A stretch of 64,000 nucleotides of DNA from Arenicellales bacterium (GTDB lineage Bacteria; Pseudomonadota; Gammaproteobacteria; Arenicellales; JAJDZL01): NCBI GenBank assembly GCA_965214875.1, contig OZ243980.1:2200009-2264008 (forward strand). Direction: 5' to 3'. Shown in pieces: positions 1 to 9,280 of this stretch. The number at the start of each line of letters is the position of its first letter. The first letter of the stretch is position 1. Under the pieces are notes generated by a model that saw nothing but the letters and a program-made list of their open reading frames with translations, did not search any database and was not told where the DNA came from. A program made the position numbers and the translations under genes.

Positions 1-2
1 TT

Positions 3-1034
3 CTCGATGTTGAAACAGAGCATATTTTCCACAAGAGCTGGCAGTTCGTCTGCCACGAAGAGAAGTTGCGCGAAGTGGGCAATTATGTGACGGCTGATAT
101 TCAAGGGCAAAGCATTTTTGTCATTAGGGATGATTCAGGCCGACTCAAAGCCTTCTACAATGTTTGCAAGCATCGCGCCCATGAGCTGCTGCAAGGCGAA
201 GGGAGTGCACAACGAATAACCTGCCCCTATCATGCATGGACATACAGGCTAGACGGGTCGTTGATGACGGCTCGAAGAAGCGAGCACTTGGAAAACTTTG
301 ATGTCAATGGGATTTGCCTGACATCAATTCGCCTTGAAATCTTCTGCCATTTTGTTTTTGTAAACCTTGATCCGGATGCTCCAACGCTGGCAGAGCAAAC
401 CGGGAACCTAAAAGACGAAATCAAGCGCTACGCGCCGGACATTGCCGAACTGACTTTTGCGCATCGATTGACATATCAAGTGCAGGCTAACTGGAAAGCG
501 GTGGTCGACAATTTTTTGGAGTGCTGCCACTGTCCAGTGGCTCACCGGGACTTTTGCTCGCTCGTTGACATGAATACCTACCAAGTCAAGACGCATGGCA
601 TCTACTCCAGTCATATGGCCAAGGCAAAGACCTCCGATAACAATGCCTACAGCATCGAAAACGCCAGTGTCACTGATCATGCCGTCTGGTATCTTTGGCC
701 CAATATGACTCTCATGCGATATCCGGGGCGCGGCAATTTCATGGCGTGGCGCTTCTATCCGGTCAACGAATCTGAAACCTACGAGATCTTTGACTTCTAC
801 CTTGAGACTGCTGAACCCAATGACGATGAAAAAGAGGCAATCAGCTTCATCGACAATGTGCTGCAACCAGAGGACATCGGGTTGGTTGAAAGCGTTCAAA
901 GAGGCATGTGCACACCAGCGTTTGAACAAGGACGGTATCTGGTTGATCCAGAGGGGAGCGGACTTAGCGAGCATGCCGTGCATCATTTCCACAGTCTGCT
1001 GCTCCAGGCATACGAACAGGCGCAAGCGAGTTGA
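3..1034 (+). CDS. Rieske-type non-haem iron oxygenase, catalytic alpha subunit (GbcA/Stc2-like); 5' end cut by the window edge
   Basis: The frame is open from nt 3 (LDVETEHIFHKSWQFVCHEEKL...), so the listed TTG at 66 is not the true start. It has Rieske ligands CKHRAH...CPYHAW and a mononuclear-iron region NFLECCHCPVAH. The substrate cannot be assigned from sequence. Confidence 0.85.
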   Translation, partial: LDVETEHIFHKSWQFVCHEEKLREVGNYVTADIQGQSIFVIRDDSGRLKAFYNVCKHRAHELLQGEGSAQRITCPYHAWTYRLDGSLMTARRSEHLENFDVNGICLTSIRLEIFCHFVFVNLDPDAPTLAEQTGNLKDEIKRYAPDIAELTFAHRLTYQVQANWKAVVDNFLECCHCPVAHRDFCSLVDMNTYQVKTHGIYSSHMAKAKTSDNNAYSIENASVTDHAVWYLWPNMTLMRYPGRGNFMAWRFYPVNESETYEIFDFYLETAEPNDDEKEAISFIDNVLQPEDIGLVESVQRGMCTPAFEQGRYLVDPEGSGLSEHAVHHFHSLLLQAYEQAQAS

Positions 1035-1142
1035 GCGCATTCGCGCGAGTTCATACGAGCATCCGGTAAGTTACTATCGGCCAACTAGCAGCATGGTGAT
1101 CATGCGAACCGTCGACAAGCGAGCAAATCAAAGGTGTGAAGC

Positions 1143-1901
1143 ATGAGGCAAATGCTTGCAGGGAAAACAGCGCTCGTAACCGGTGGCGAGGGCGGCATTG
1201 GGCGATCAATATGCGGCCGTTTCGCAAGTGAAGGCGCTCAAGTGATATCGGCGGATCTGATCCAGCAAACGCCACCGCGCGGGAACGTTAACTTTATCAA
1301 ATTGGATGTTACACAGGAACAAGAGGCGGTCTCGCTATTTGATTCGCTCAGCCAAGAATGGCAAAGGCTCGACATTCTGGTCAACGCCGCCGGCATTGAA
1401 ATTGAAAAGACGATTGAAGAAACATCGCTGGAAGAATGGAACCGGATATTTGCAATCAATGTCACCGGCATGTTTTTGATATCCAAATATGCACTGCCCC
1501 TACTTCGGAGGTCGCAAAGTGCTAGCGTTATAAATTTTGGATCCTATGATGGCTATATTGCCGATCCGAAACTGGCTGCATACTGCGCTACCAAGGGAGC
1601 TGTGCACGCTCTTACCCGCGCCATGGCATGTGATCATGGATCTGAAGGCATTCGTGTAAACGCCATCTGTCCCGGGTATGTCGATACACCCATGCTGGCT
1701 AGTTTCTTCGGCGATCGTTCGGATTCAGAATCTTTAAAGCAGGCGGCGCGGGACATTCATCCCTTGAAAACCTACGGACAGCCGGAAGATATTGCCAATC
1801 TCGTCAACTGGCTGGCATCCGATGAGGCTCGCTACGCCTCTGGACAATTGTGGGTGATCGACGGCGGTTTAAGTGCCCAAGTTCAACAGATGCGTCTTTA
1901 G
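1143..1901 (+). CDS. Short-chain dehydrogenase/reductase (SDR) family oxidoreductase
   Basis: Glycine-rich cofactor motif TGGEGGIG, an NAAG motif, and the catalytic YCATK (YxxxK). At 252 aa it has classical SDR length. Confidence 0.9.
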   Translation: MRQMLAGKTALVTGGEGGIGRSICGRFASEGAQVISADLIQQTPPRGNVNFIKLDVTQEQEAVSLFDSLSQEWQRLDILVNAAGIEIEKTIEETSLEEWNRIFAINVTGMFLISKYALPLLRRSQSASVINFGSYDGYIADPKLAAYCATKGAVHALTRAMACDHGSEGIRVNAICPGYVDTPMLASFFGDRSDSESLKQAARDIHPLKTYGQPEDIANLVNWLASDEARYASGQLWVIDGGLSAQVQQMRL

Positions 1902-1918
1902 GGTAGTGGCTCAGTTTG

Positions 1919-3554
1919 CCTTAAAATCGCGTTAGGGTGGCTGCAAAAGGGGATAAAGCCTTGTACAATGGGGGTTTTAGATCAAACAAAATTTCACCCG
2001 TTGGGTGGACCCGATCGGAGCAAGGCTTTATGGACATCCAATCATGCAAGATTTCGACCACGAAAGACAAATCGGCTTCGCGAAGCGGCCTGGCGGCGCT
2101 GGCCGAGCTGATCCGCAAGCTGGGGCTCGACACCCATTTCGAGCGGCCGGTGCCGGAGCCGGGCAGCAACCGCGGCTTGCGCCCGGGGGCGTATTTGACG
2201 ACGTTCATGCTGATGATGCACGAGGGCTCGCGGCATCTGAGCGGAGTGGCGCGGCTGCGCGAGGAGCGGCCGCTGCTGGAGCTGCTCGGCATCCGCCGGC
2301 TGCCGGGCGACGACGCCTTGGGCCGGTGGCTGCACGCCCTGCAGCTGGCGGACCGCCGGCTGCTGGCGGTCGCGCTGCACCATCGGAAAAGGGCGGCCCT
2401 GGACATCGACGCGACCGCGGCGCTGCGAGAAGTCTTCGGCGGAGTTCACGTACAAGAAGGAGCGGGGCTGCATGCCGATCGTCGGCCATATCGCCGAGAC
2501 CGGCATGGCGGTGGCGGCGGAGTTCAGGGGCGGCCCGGTCTCGCCGAACGCGCGCAACTGCGAGTTCGTCCGCCAGTGCGAGCGGGCGCTGCCCAGGGGC
2601 GCCGAGGCGCATCGCGCCCGCATCGACGCGGCGGGCTACCAGGCGAAGATCATCAACCGCTTCACGAACCACGGCATCGGCTACGCGATCCGCGCCAGGC
2701 TCGACGCGAGCGTGGTCGAGCAGACCGGGGCGCTGGACGAGTCGCGGCAGCAGCCCTTCATCGAGCGCGACGGGGCGGCGAGCGAGACGCAGCAGACGGC
2801 GCGGTTCCTGCACTCGATGAACGACACGCCCGAAGCGTTCGCGGCGGTGGTGCAGCGGCTTAGAAAATCCGGCCAGCAGGAGCTCGAGCTCGATTGCCCG
2901 CAGGCCGGCGACACCCTGTCGCAGGGCGGCTGCATATGCCGGGCGCTGGCGACCAGCTTCTGCCGGCGGAGCGACTCGCGGGCGGTCCGCTGATGCAGCC
3001 GCAGGGGCGACGACTCCGAAAATCGCATCCGCGAGCTTCGCAGCGGCTTCGGCGCGGCGCATCCCCCGTGCAGCGACTTCCATGCCAACGCGCTGCATTT
3101 CATGCTGTGCATGCTCGCCTTCAACCTGTTCGCGCTGATGCGCCACGTGCTGGACGCGAGCTGCGGGTCGATGCGCATCGAGACCTTTCGCCGCCGGCCC
3201 TGCTGCAGGGCGGGCAAGATCGTGCGCCATGCCCGAGGCCGGGCCTTGAAGCTGTGCGACGCGCGGGCGGCGCGGCGGCTTAGCGACGCCATCGGCATGA
3301 TCCGGGCGATGGCCCTGGCGCCGTAGCCGCCGGAAACGCAAAAAAAAAGCATCGCGCGCACGACAAAAAAATCGGCTGCGTCCCGGCGCGTTGCGGACTG
3401 TCATTGATCTTTCGCCCCGGTTCCGCTCCTCCGCCCTTTCCGGCCGCGTCCCGCCCGCAAACCCGCCCGGCATCGCCGCAGCGGGCGCCAAAATCTCCCC
3501 GCGCTTCGGATTTCAGCGAAAATTCGCCCAAAAATCTCTAACGCGGATTTTGGG
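1919..3554 (+). mobile_element. IS1380-family insertion sequence, degenerate copy 1 (1,636 bp)
   Basis: Imperfect terminal inverted repeats: CCTTAAAATCGCGTTAGGG at 1919 and CTCTAACGCGGATTTTGGG ending at 3554. The internal transposase reading frame is split over at least 3 frames. It is about 90% similar to the inverted copy at 39697-41359. There is no target-site duplication (flanks GTTTG / CATAT). Confidence 0.8.
2030..3326 (+). pseudogene. IS1380-family DDE transposase, frameshifted
   Basis: N-terminus MDIQSCKISTTKDKSASRSGLAALAE...LDIDAT. The frame then jumps to ...CMPIVGHIAETGMAVAAEF...RIDAAGYQAKII..., and jumps again to the C-terminal ...MLAFNLFALMRHVL...GKIVRHARGRALKL. These blocks are typical of IS1380 transposases but lie in different frames. 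Confidence 0.75.
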
Positions 3555-3777
3555 CATATCTTGATTATGGCCGAATGAATCCAATGCGCTTCAAATGCTC
3601 ATTCCGCATATAACGGGCATATTAGTGCCTATATATTCAAAATCTTTATCGACGTGAATCATAAGCAAAACACCACAATTCAGTGGCTTGGAGAGAAATT
3701 AGAGTGAAATAAGGCTCAGAACTTCAGCCTAAATGACTGATAGCCGTAAACATGATGCTATAGCATTGAGGAAAGAA

Positions 3778-3957
3778 AATGACAGAAGTTGCGATGGATT
3801 GGATAACGATGGCTGGCGTGATTGCGACAATAGCCTTTTTGTGGCGGCTTAGCGGCGACATGCGGAAAGAAATCGGCGACCTACGGGAGCGCATGGCGCG
3901 ACTAGAGGGGTTGTTTGAGGGTTTCGCCGCTCGCGAGAAATCTAAAGGACAATCATA
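3778..3957 (+). CDS. Small (59 aa) membrane-anchored coiled-coil protein, hypothetical
   Basis: Absent from the ORF track because it is under 60 aa. ATG at 3778 is preceded by GAGGA. Translation: MTEVAMDWITMAGVIATIAFLWRLSGDMRKEIGDLRERMARLEGLFEGFAAREKSKGQS. It has one N-terminal hydrophobic helix followed by a heptad-like segment. Confidence 0.4.
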
Positions 3958-4096
3958 AAACCACCGATGTGCAATTTTTTGCTATAACACTTCCACGCAT
4001 CAGGTCTCACATATCACGAAACATGCCCATGGCTTTATGCGACAACTCACCATTGTCGCTGACGCAAAGCACCACTGCTTGATGTCTCGCTAAGTA

Positions 4097-4321
4097 GTGT
4101 CTGCCAGAAAACTCTATTTTTGCATGAGGAATATTGTTTCTATTGATCTTTTCATGAAATTCGCAATTCGAAGATTCGGCCGTGTCCGCCCATTCGAATC
4201 GATTTCGCCCGCATCTTGCGGCCGCAAGGCTTATTCCCGTAAATCTTCGAAATCAAGATCTCATCAAACTGTCAATCAAAACAATGGCTTTAATGCAAAA
4301 ATGGAGTTTTCTGCCAGACAC
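4097..4321. mobile_element. MITE-like element (225 bp) with 29-bp terminal inverted repeats and a 6-bp target duplication
   Basis: GTGTCTGCCAGAAAACTCTATTTTTGCAT at 4097 matches the reverse complement of ATGCAAAAATGGAGTTTTCTGCCAGACAC ending at 4321 (27/29). Both ends are flanked by TAAGTA (4091-4096 and 4322-4327). It has no coding capacity of its own. Confidence 0.7.
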
Positions 4322-4369
4322 TAAGTAAGATATTCTCCAAAATTTGCTCAGTACCGCCTGTCTCTGAAT

Positions 4370-7360
4370 CTATGAAATATCCAATTTTGTTGATTTGCCG
4401 CCATGTACTGATGGTTCAGCGCACCATTGATTTCGGAGAACTTCCAAGTCGCTCATAACATCACTTGATAATCCAAGCAGATCAACGAGAACGGCTTTAT
4501 CCAATTGATACCGACTCTGATCCATCCAAGCTTGATTAGCGGGGAGAAAGTCAATTTCAGAGAGATCCGAAAGAATTGACTTTGCCCGTTTCAATTGACT
4601 TTTGCTGAGTTCACGCGGATCGATCACTAGCAAAGATGGCAAATTGGATATCGTTAAACGCGCTCTGCCCAATTGTTGCCGTGTGCCCAGCCACCAAAAA
4701 GTCATGAGTCCCAAAGTGGTATTTGCCCAAAGCACAACCGGGGCAATCCACGACTCTTGATAAAGCCGATAGTTTGGCCATGCGGGGCCTCCCAAAGTCG
4801 GACGTTTGGTCAAGCAAGCAGTCAATGGTTGCGAATTTATTTGAAAATCCCGATTAAAATGAAGTGCGCTTGAGTTTTCATGCCATACTTTATTCGCTTG
4901 TTCTTCGCAACCTAACCGCGGCTTCGCTCTCGAATCAGGATCAACGATCAGCTTCGTTTCTTCCTTTGCATTGTGGTGCCAAAGAGCTGGGTAGGTTGGC
5001 ACTCCGTGCCAAGGTTCAATTTCAAAAGGACCGCGCGGAGAACCATCAGGATATCGTCCATTGATATCGCGATCAACCAATCCACGTTGTCCGATTAACG
5101 CAAGCGATGTAATCGGTATCGGAAGCGGATCCATGCGTTGGGGCAATTTCAAACCGCTTCGCAAAGAAAGCATCACTGAAACCAGATCAGTTTCTAAAAT
5201 TCCGGAGGCACCTCCATGCTCCAATTCGGTTTGCACATACACACCAGCCCGATCTTTCTCCGTGAGATGCAAATGCCCAGAACCGGAATCGGTGCTTCTT
5301 GTAAATTTCGAAAATGATTGTTTCGAAATGAGATCAGCAACTGTGACAGCCTCAAGAATTGATCTAGGCCGTTGTCGCAGACTGACCATCATCGCACAGT
5401 CGCTTGAAATCTTCTTGCGGGCAACCACTACCACTTCAGCCATTCCTGTATCTGCAGAAAAAGCTCGAAGCGTTGCACCCGTGTCAGCTATGGATACAAC
5501 TGTTATGCCGCTGTAGTGCTTCTCAAGTATTTTTCGTGCATTTTTCCAGGAAGCGCCGCTAACGAAAGAAGCCGGCAGAATGAAAGCGGCAACACCACCG
5601 GGTTTCAGCTTGCTATGCGCTAGATCTACAAAGTGCGAAGCGAGTCCGGCGTTGCCATTGCCAACTGGGCACTCAAGCTTATTCCGATATTTGCCCAGCG
5701 TTGCCGACATAATCCGCTGTTCGTCCCCCGTAGTCGCGAATCCCGCAAATGATGGCACCGGTATCGTTGTGCTTTCGTGGTTGGTCGGACGCGTGAAAGG
5801 AGGGTTCATGATGACTATATCGAAACTGTTGTTCGGAGCCTTGACATCGACTACGTTTTTCAATTCAGCGCCGCCTCCGCGCAATTGCTCAGCCCCGGTG
5901 CTATAAAGCGGCTTGATGGGGTCGTCTGAAAGCAAATCTAATGACCCAATAGCATGAGGCAGTCCTGTATTTTCCGGCTGCATGCCGTATGGCATTGTAA
6001 AAACTTGCGTTTTACCAAAAGTGATAGTCGGATGATGGCTCGCAATAACTGAAGTAGTAAGGTGTGTGGCGGCAGGCATGATGTCAGCGCCGAATAGTAC
6101 CTGTTCTACCATTTTTGCGTGAAGCAAGCCATCGTCTCCTCCGCGACGACGATAGCGTACGGCCATTCGGTGATAAACTGCGGACAGCAATGTTCCGGTA
6201 CCGCAAGCAAAGTCGGCTACTCGCAGCTGTTGAATTGCCTCCAAATCTGCCCAATCAACATCAAGTTGACTTACTGCCAGTTCAGCCGCAAAGTGGGCGC
6301 TCGAAGGCAAAGTGTAGAAAGTTGCGAGAAACTTGCGGTCATTGATTAGGCGTTGAAACATGATGCCAGAGAGGTCGTTCAGAGTCGTCGCACCGATATT
6401 TGCTACCGCTTCTGCTGTTTCTACCAATCTTACGAGGTACATCCTTGTGTAGCGTTCCGGAATGCAGCCAAGCAGATCATGAGCGATCTTGAAGATAGGC
6501 CAGTAGTTGATTTTCAGTATGTCTTCCCAGCATTCTTGCATTTTACTTTTGGAAAGATATCCCCCTAATCCACGAGCTTCCTTTGGCTCCTTGACCCCAT
6601 GCTCGCCGGCAATTGCCGTATGAAAGATCAGCGCATTTAGGATAATCGCCATTGCCATTCGGATGGTTTGCTCGCTATCTTCCTGGCAGAGTGTCTCGGC
6701 AATTCGGAGAAGGATGCTCGGAAATCCGCCGCTTTGTATGTTGTGCCGTAATTGCCATGCCGCATCCCTCACAGCATATTCAATAAGTTGCGTACCCTCG
6801 CTGACTATGCGTTCAGACAACGAAACCTGTTCTAACACATCGGCCAGCACATCGATTCCGCCAGTCAACCAGCCAGTTTCTGGCCAACGCGCAATCGTTG
6901 ATTCATCTAGATACCCTCCGGTGAACACACACATGCGAAACTCGCCTGTTTTGATTCTTTTTTCAGGTTCGGCACCCTCACCAAGATGCTCCGGTATTCG
7001 TATTGCCACTGCAGCCTCTACACGCGCCCCTCCTTCATCAAGCACTTTACCGAGTCGATTCTTCGCGTCCAGTTCCACAGTATTAGCTGGTTCGTACTCC
7101 GTTTCGATCACAACCGGAATTCCATTGGGACACCTGACAACTATATCAGGACGCATGGCTGCGCTGCCCCTTAGGATGCGGGTATGCTCGGCAAAAACGG
7201 CATCTCGCCATTGGGGATTCTTTGTTTGCAACACACTCGCCAGTGCCCCATTTAGCGCGATTTCAACTATTCTGGACATATGTTTTTTTACTTTGGATTT
7301 GGGGCTGGAATAAATGGCACTTCGCGTTATTCTTGTATCGCAAAGCGCTAGAGGTCGCAA
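4370..7360 (-). CDS. Single-polypeptide restriction-modification-like enzyme: N-terminal nuclease-like domain fused to a gamma-class N6-adenine DNA methyltransferase and a C-terminal putative target-recognition region (type IIG/IIL-like)
   Basis: SAM-binding motif I VADFACGTGTLLSAV and catalytic motif IV IVIMNPPF. The N-terminal segment RPDIVVRCPNGIPVVIETEYE resembles a PD-(D/E)xK core but reads E-T-E rather than E-x-K. About 350 aa follow the methyltransferase. The likely true start is the ATG at 7279 (MSRIVEIALNG...). Confidence 0.6.
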   Translation of the reverse strand: MRPLALCDTRITRSAIYSSPKSKVKKHMSRIVEIALNGALASVLQTKNPQWRDAVFAEHTRILRGSAAMRPDIVVRCPNGIPVVIETEYEPANTVELDAKNRLGKVLDEGGARVEAAVAIRIPEHLGEGAEPEKRIKTGEFRMCVFTGGYLDESTIARWPETGWLTGGIDVLADVLEQVSLSERIVSEGTQLIEYAVRDAAWQLRHNIQSGGFPSILLRIAETLCQEDSEQTIRMAMAIILNALIFHTAIAGEHGVKEPKEARGLGGYLSKSKMQECWEDILKINYWPIFKIAHDLLGCIPERYTRMYLVRLVETAEAVANIGATTLNDLSGIMFQRLINDRKFLATFYTLPSSAHFAAELAVSQLDVDWADLEAIQQLRVADFACGTGTLLSAVYHRMAVRYRRRGGDDGLLHAKMVEQVLFGADIMPAATHLTTSVIASHHPTITFGKTQVFTMPYGMQPENTGLPHAIGSLDLLSDDPIKPLYSTGAEQLRGGGAELKNVVDVKAPNNSFDIVIMNPPFTRPTNHESTTIPVPSFAGFATTGDEQRIMSATLGKYRNKLECPVGNGNAGLASHFVDLAHSKLKPGGVAAFILPASFVSGASWKNARKILEKHYSGITVVSIADTGATLRAFSADTGMAEVVVVARKKISSDCAMMVSLRQRPRSILEAVTVADLISKQSFSKFTRSTDSGSGHLHLTEKDRAGVYVQTELEHGGASGILETDLVSVMLSLRSGLKLPQRMDPLPIPITSLALIGQRGLVDRDINGRYPDGSPRGPFEIEPWHGVPTYPALWHHNAKEETKLIVDPDSRAKPRLGCEEQANKVWHENSSALHFNRDFQINSQPLTACLTKRPTLGGPAWPNYRLYQESWIAPVVLWANTTLGLMTFWWLGTRQQLGRARLTISNLPSLLVIDPRELSKSQLKRAKSILSDLSEIDFLPANQAWMDQSRYQLDKAVLVDLLGLSSDVMSDLEVLRNQWCAEPSVHGGKSTKLDIS

Positions 7361-7415
7361 GCCATTTTATGGTTGGCGCGATGATAGTGGTCAAAACTGT
7401 AAATAAAATTTGAAG

Positions 7416-8466
7416 AGATATTGCCAAAAGTAGTGCTTGGCGGTCGGGCGGCATTCAAGCGGCCATCTGGTCGTTCGGGTGCTCCGCCTCGATTCCGTCT
7501 TTGAATTGTACCCCTTCCACCACCTTTCCAAGCTTTCTAAATCCGCTCAGGCGCCGCCAGCGCCTTTCGGCGCATAGTCCGAGCTTGTGAACATCATGCG
7601 CCGGCGACTCAGGCACCCTCTGGAACGCTTCGTGCGGCGGCGGATCGTCGCGAACGTCGACTCGATCGGATTGGCGGTGCGGATGCTCTGCCAGCGGGCG
7701 GCCGGAAAGCCGCACAACGCCAGCAGCTCGTCGCGGTCCTCCGGCAGCTTCTCGGCCGCCTTCGGTTTCTTCTCGCCGCAGGTGTCGACAAAGCTCTTGA
7801 ACGCGGCCTCGGCATCATCCCGGGTCTTAAGCCATCCAGATCTGCTGCAGCGCCTGATTCGCTCGGGGCTGGACGCTTTCGGGCAGGACGTTCAGGATGC
7901 TGCCCGTCTTGCGCAGCCGGCAGCGCCGGTGGCGGGTGTGCGGATACGCCTGGTCCAGCGCCGCCCAGAATCCCAGGGCCCCGTCGCCGACCGCCGCCAG
8001 GGCGCACAGCTTCGCGTCCTCGGCCCGAAGCCCGCAGCAGATCCCGTCCGCCCAGATGCAGGCCCAGCGGCGGTCGGACAGGTCCTCTCGGCGCCATTGC
8101 TCCATTTCCCCGTTCCACTGCTCCGCCGGGCGCGACACGCACGAGGCCGAGAACCCTTGCGCCTCGGGCCCCAGCAGAACCTGCAGGGTCTCGGCCATCT
8201 CGCCGCCGGCTCGCCCTTCAGATACAGCCACGGCACGAACGCCTCGACACTCGCGGCCTCCAGCGCCAGCATCCACCGCGCGCCCTCGCGCGCCATCTCG
8301 GCCAGCGAGTCGCGGAAATTGTCGTGCGCTTCAAGCGAAACAGGGCTGTTCTTGCTCATGAGTGGCATGCCTCTCTGTTTTGATAAGTAGATTTTTCGAA
8401 TCTGCAGTCAGACCAGTTGCGCCGCTTTTTTTCAACCCACGCCAAGCACTACTTTTGGCAATATCT
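7416..8466 (-). mobile_element. Defective IS256-family element (1,051 bp)
   Basis: Terminal inverted repeats AGATATTGCCAAAAGTAGTGCTTGGCG (7416-7442) and CGCCAAGCACTACTTTTGGCAATATCT (8440-8466). No flanking target duplication was seen. The same end recurs at 59711. Confidence 0.8.
7455..8368 (-). pseudogene. IS256-family (mutator-type) transposase, internally deleted and frameshifted
   Basis: The pieces lie in three frames. First: MSKNSPVSLEAHDNFRDSLAEMAREGARWML...VPWLYLKGE. Second: ...LSASCVSRPAEQWNGEMEQWRREDLSDRRWACIWADGI...GDGALGFWAALDQAYPHTRHRRC. Third, the C-terminus: ...WRRLSGFRKLGKVVEGVQFKDGIEAEHPNDQMAA. Confidence 0.75.
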
Positions 8467-8634
8467 AAACGAATTTAGCATTCAACAATACTATTGCCTG
8501 GTTAAAAATCGAATAATATCAATTGTTTAATCACTCGAAATCGGTAGTTGCCGCGGACAATACACGATCACACCGACCAAAGCTGCGCGGCAATCCCAAA
8601 CCTCACCTTCACTTGGACCAGATGGTCGTCTAGT

Positions 8635-9057
8635 TTATGACTGGTTAAACGGGTTGATGATCGTAAGTTTCTCGATTATTTGACCATCCTGCAAGTCTTC
8701 GCTGTACAGAGTTCTGCACTTGGCTTCAAGTGCGGCGGCGACTATCAGACTATCGTAAAACGAAAATCTGTAACGCCGCATGATATCAAGCCCGCAACGA
8801 TAGGTCCGGTTAGTCGGATTAACAGACCATAAAGGGATCAGCACGTCCTCAAGAAATTGATCTGCTTGCGCTGCTGTCGCGCCTAATTTGCTCGTGATCA
8901 CATTGATTGTTTCCTGGACAACCTGATAACTGATGCAGCCAATCCCCTCTTTTACTGCCGATTGAATCAATTTCTCAGATCGCACACGCTTGTCATGATC
9001 AGCTTCGTCGAATACGTATATAAGCACATTTGAATCAATAAAGTATCTATCGCTCAT
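8635..9057 (-). CDS. vapC: PIN-domain toxin (VapC family)
   Basis: N-terminal YFIDSNVLIYVFD with acidic PIN residues, 140 aa. It overlaps the upstream antitoxin gene by 11 nt. Confidence 0.85.
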   Translation of the reverse strand: MSDRYFIDSNVLIYVFDEADHDKRVRSEKLIQSAVKEGIGCISYQVVQETINVITSKLGATAAQADQFLEDVLIPLWSVNPTNRTYRCGLDIMRRYRFSFYDSLIVAAALEAKCRTLYSEDLQDGQIIEKLTIINPFNQS

Positions 9058-9280
9058 TCATTTCCTCTCGAGAGAACTTGCGGCTGCCGGAAAAAATGCT
9101 AACTTGCAGTTCCCGGATCGTTTTAATGGCTCTTTCACTTTTTTGTTCGCGTCGCGCATAATTTTCTAACCACATTCGGAATTGCGCATTCAATGTCGTG
9201 CGTTCGGCAACCGCACGTTCCCGCGCTTTTTCAATCAAATCAGCATCTGCACTGAGCGTTATGTTTTTCATCACTTTCAC
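9047..9280 (-). CDS. vapB: Antitoxin of the VapBC pair (ribbon-helix-helix-like)
   Basis: 77 aa, translationally coupled to the PIN gene. The N-terminal ITLSADADLIEKARERA segment is typical of RHH/CopG-type antitoxins. Confidence 0.7.
   Translation of the reverse strand: MKVMKNITLSADADLIEKARERAVAERTTLNAQFRMWLENYARREQKSERAIKTIRELQVSIFSGSRKFSREEMNER

Noticed and set aside
2205-3491. A 428-aa minus-strand ORF and several other long ORFs (1921-2406, 2005-2820, 2042-2623, 2681-3361) inside IS1380 copy 1, with equivalents inside copy 2 (39.7-41.3 kb).
   Set aside because: They are Arg/Ala/Pro-rich low-complexity translations of GC-rich DNA, either antisense to or out of frame with the recognisable transposase blocks. 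These are typical shadow ORFs.
4097-4324. The 75-aa plus-strand ORF.
   Set aside because: It coincides exactly with the MITE, running from terminal repeat to terminal repeat, and has an implausible composition.
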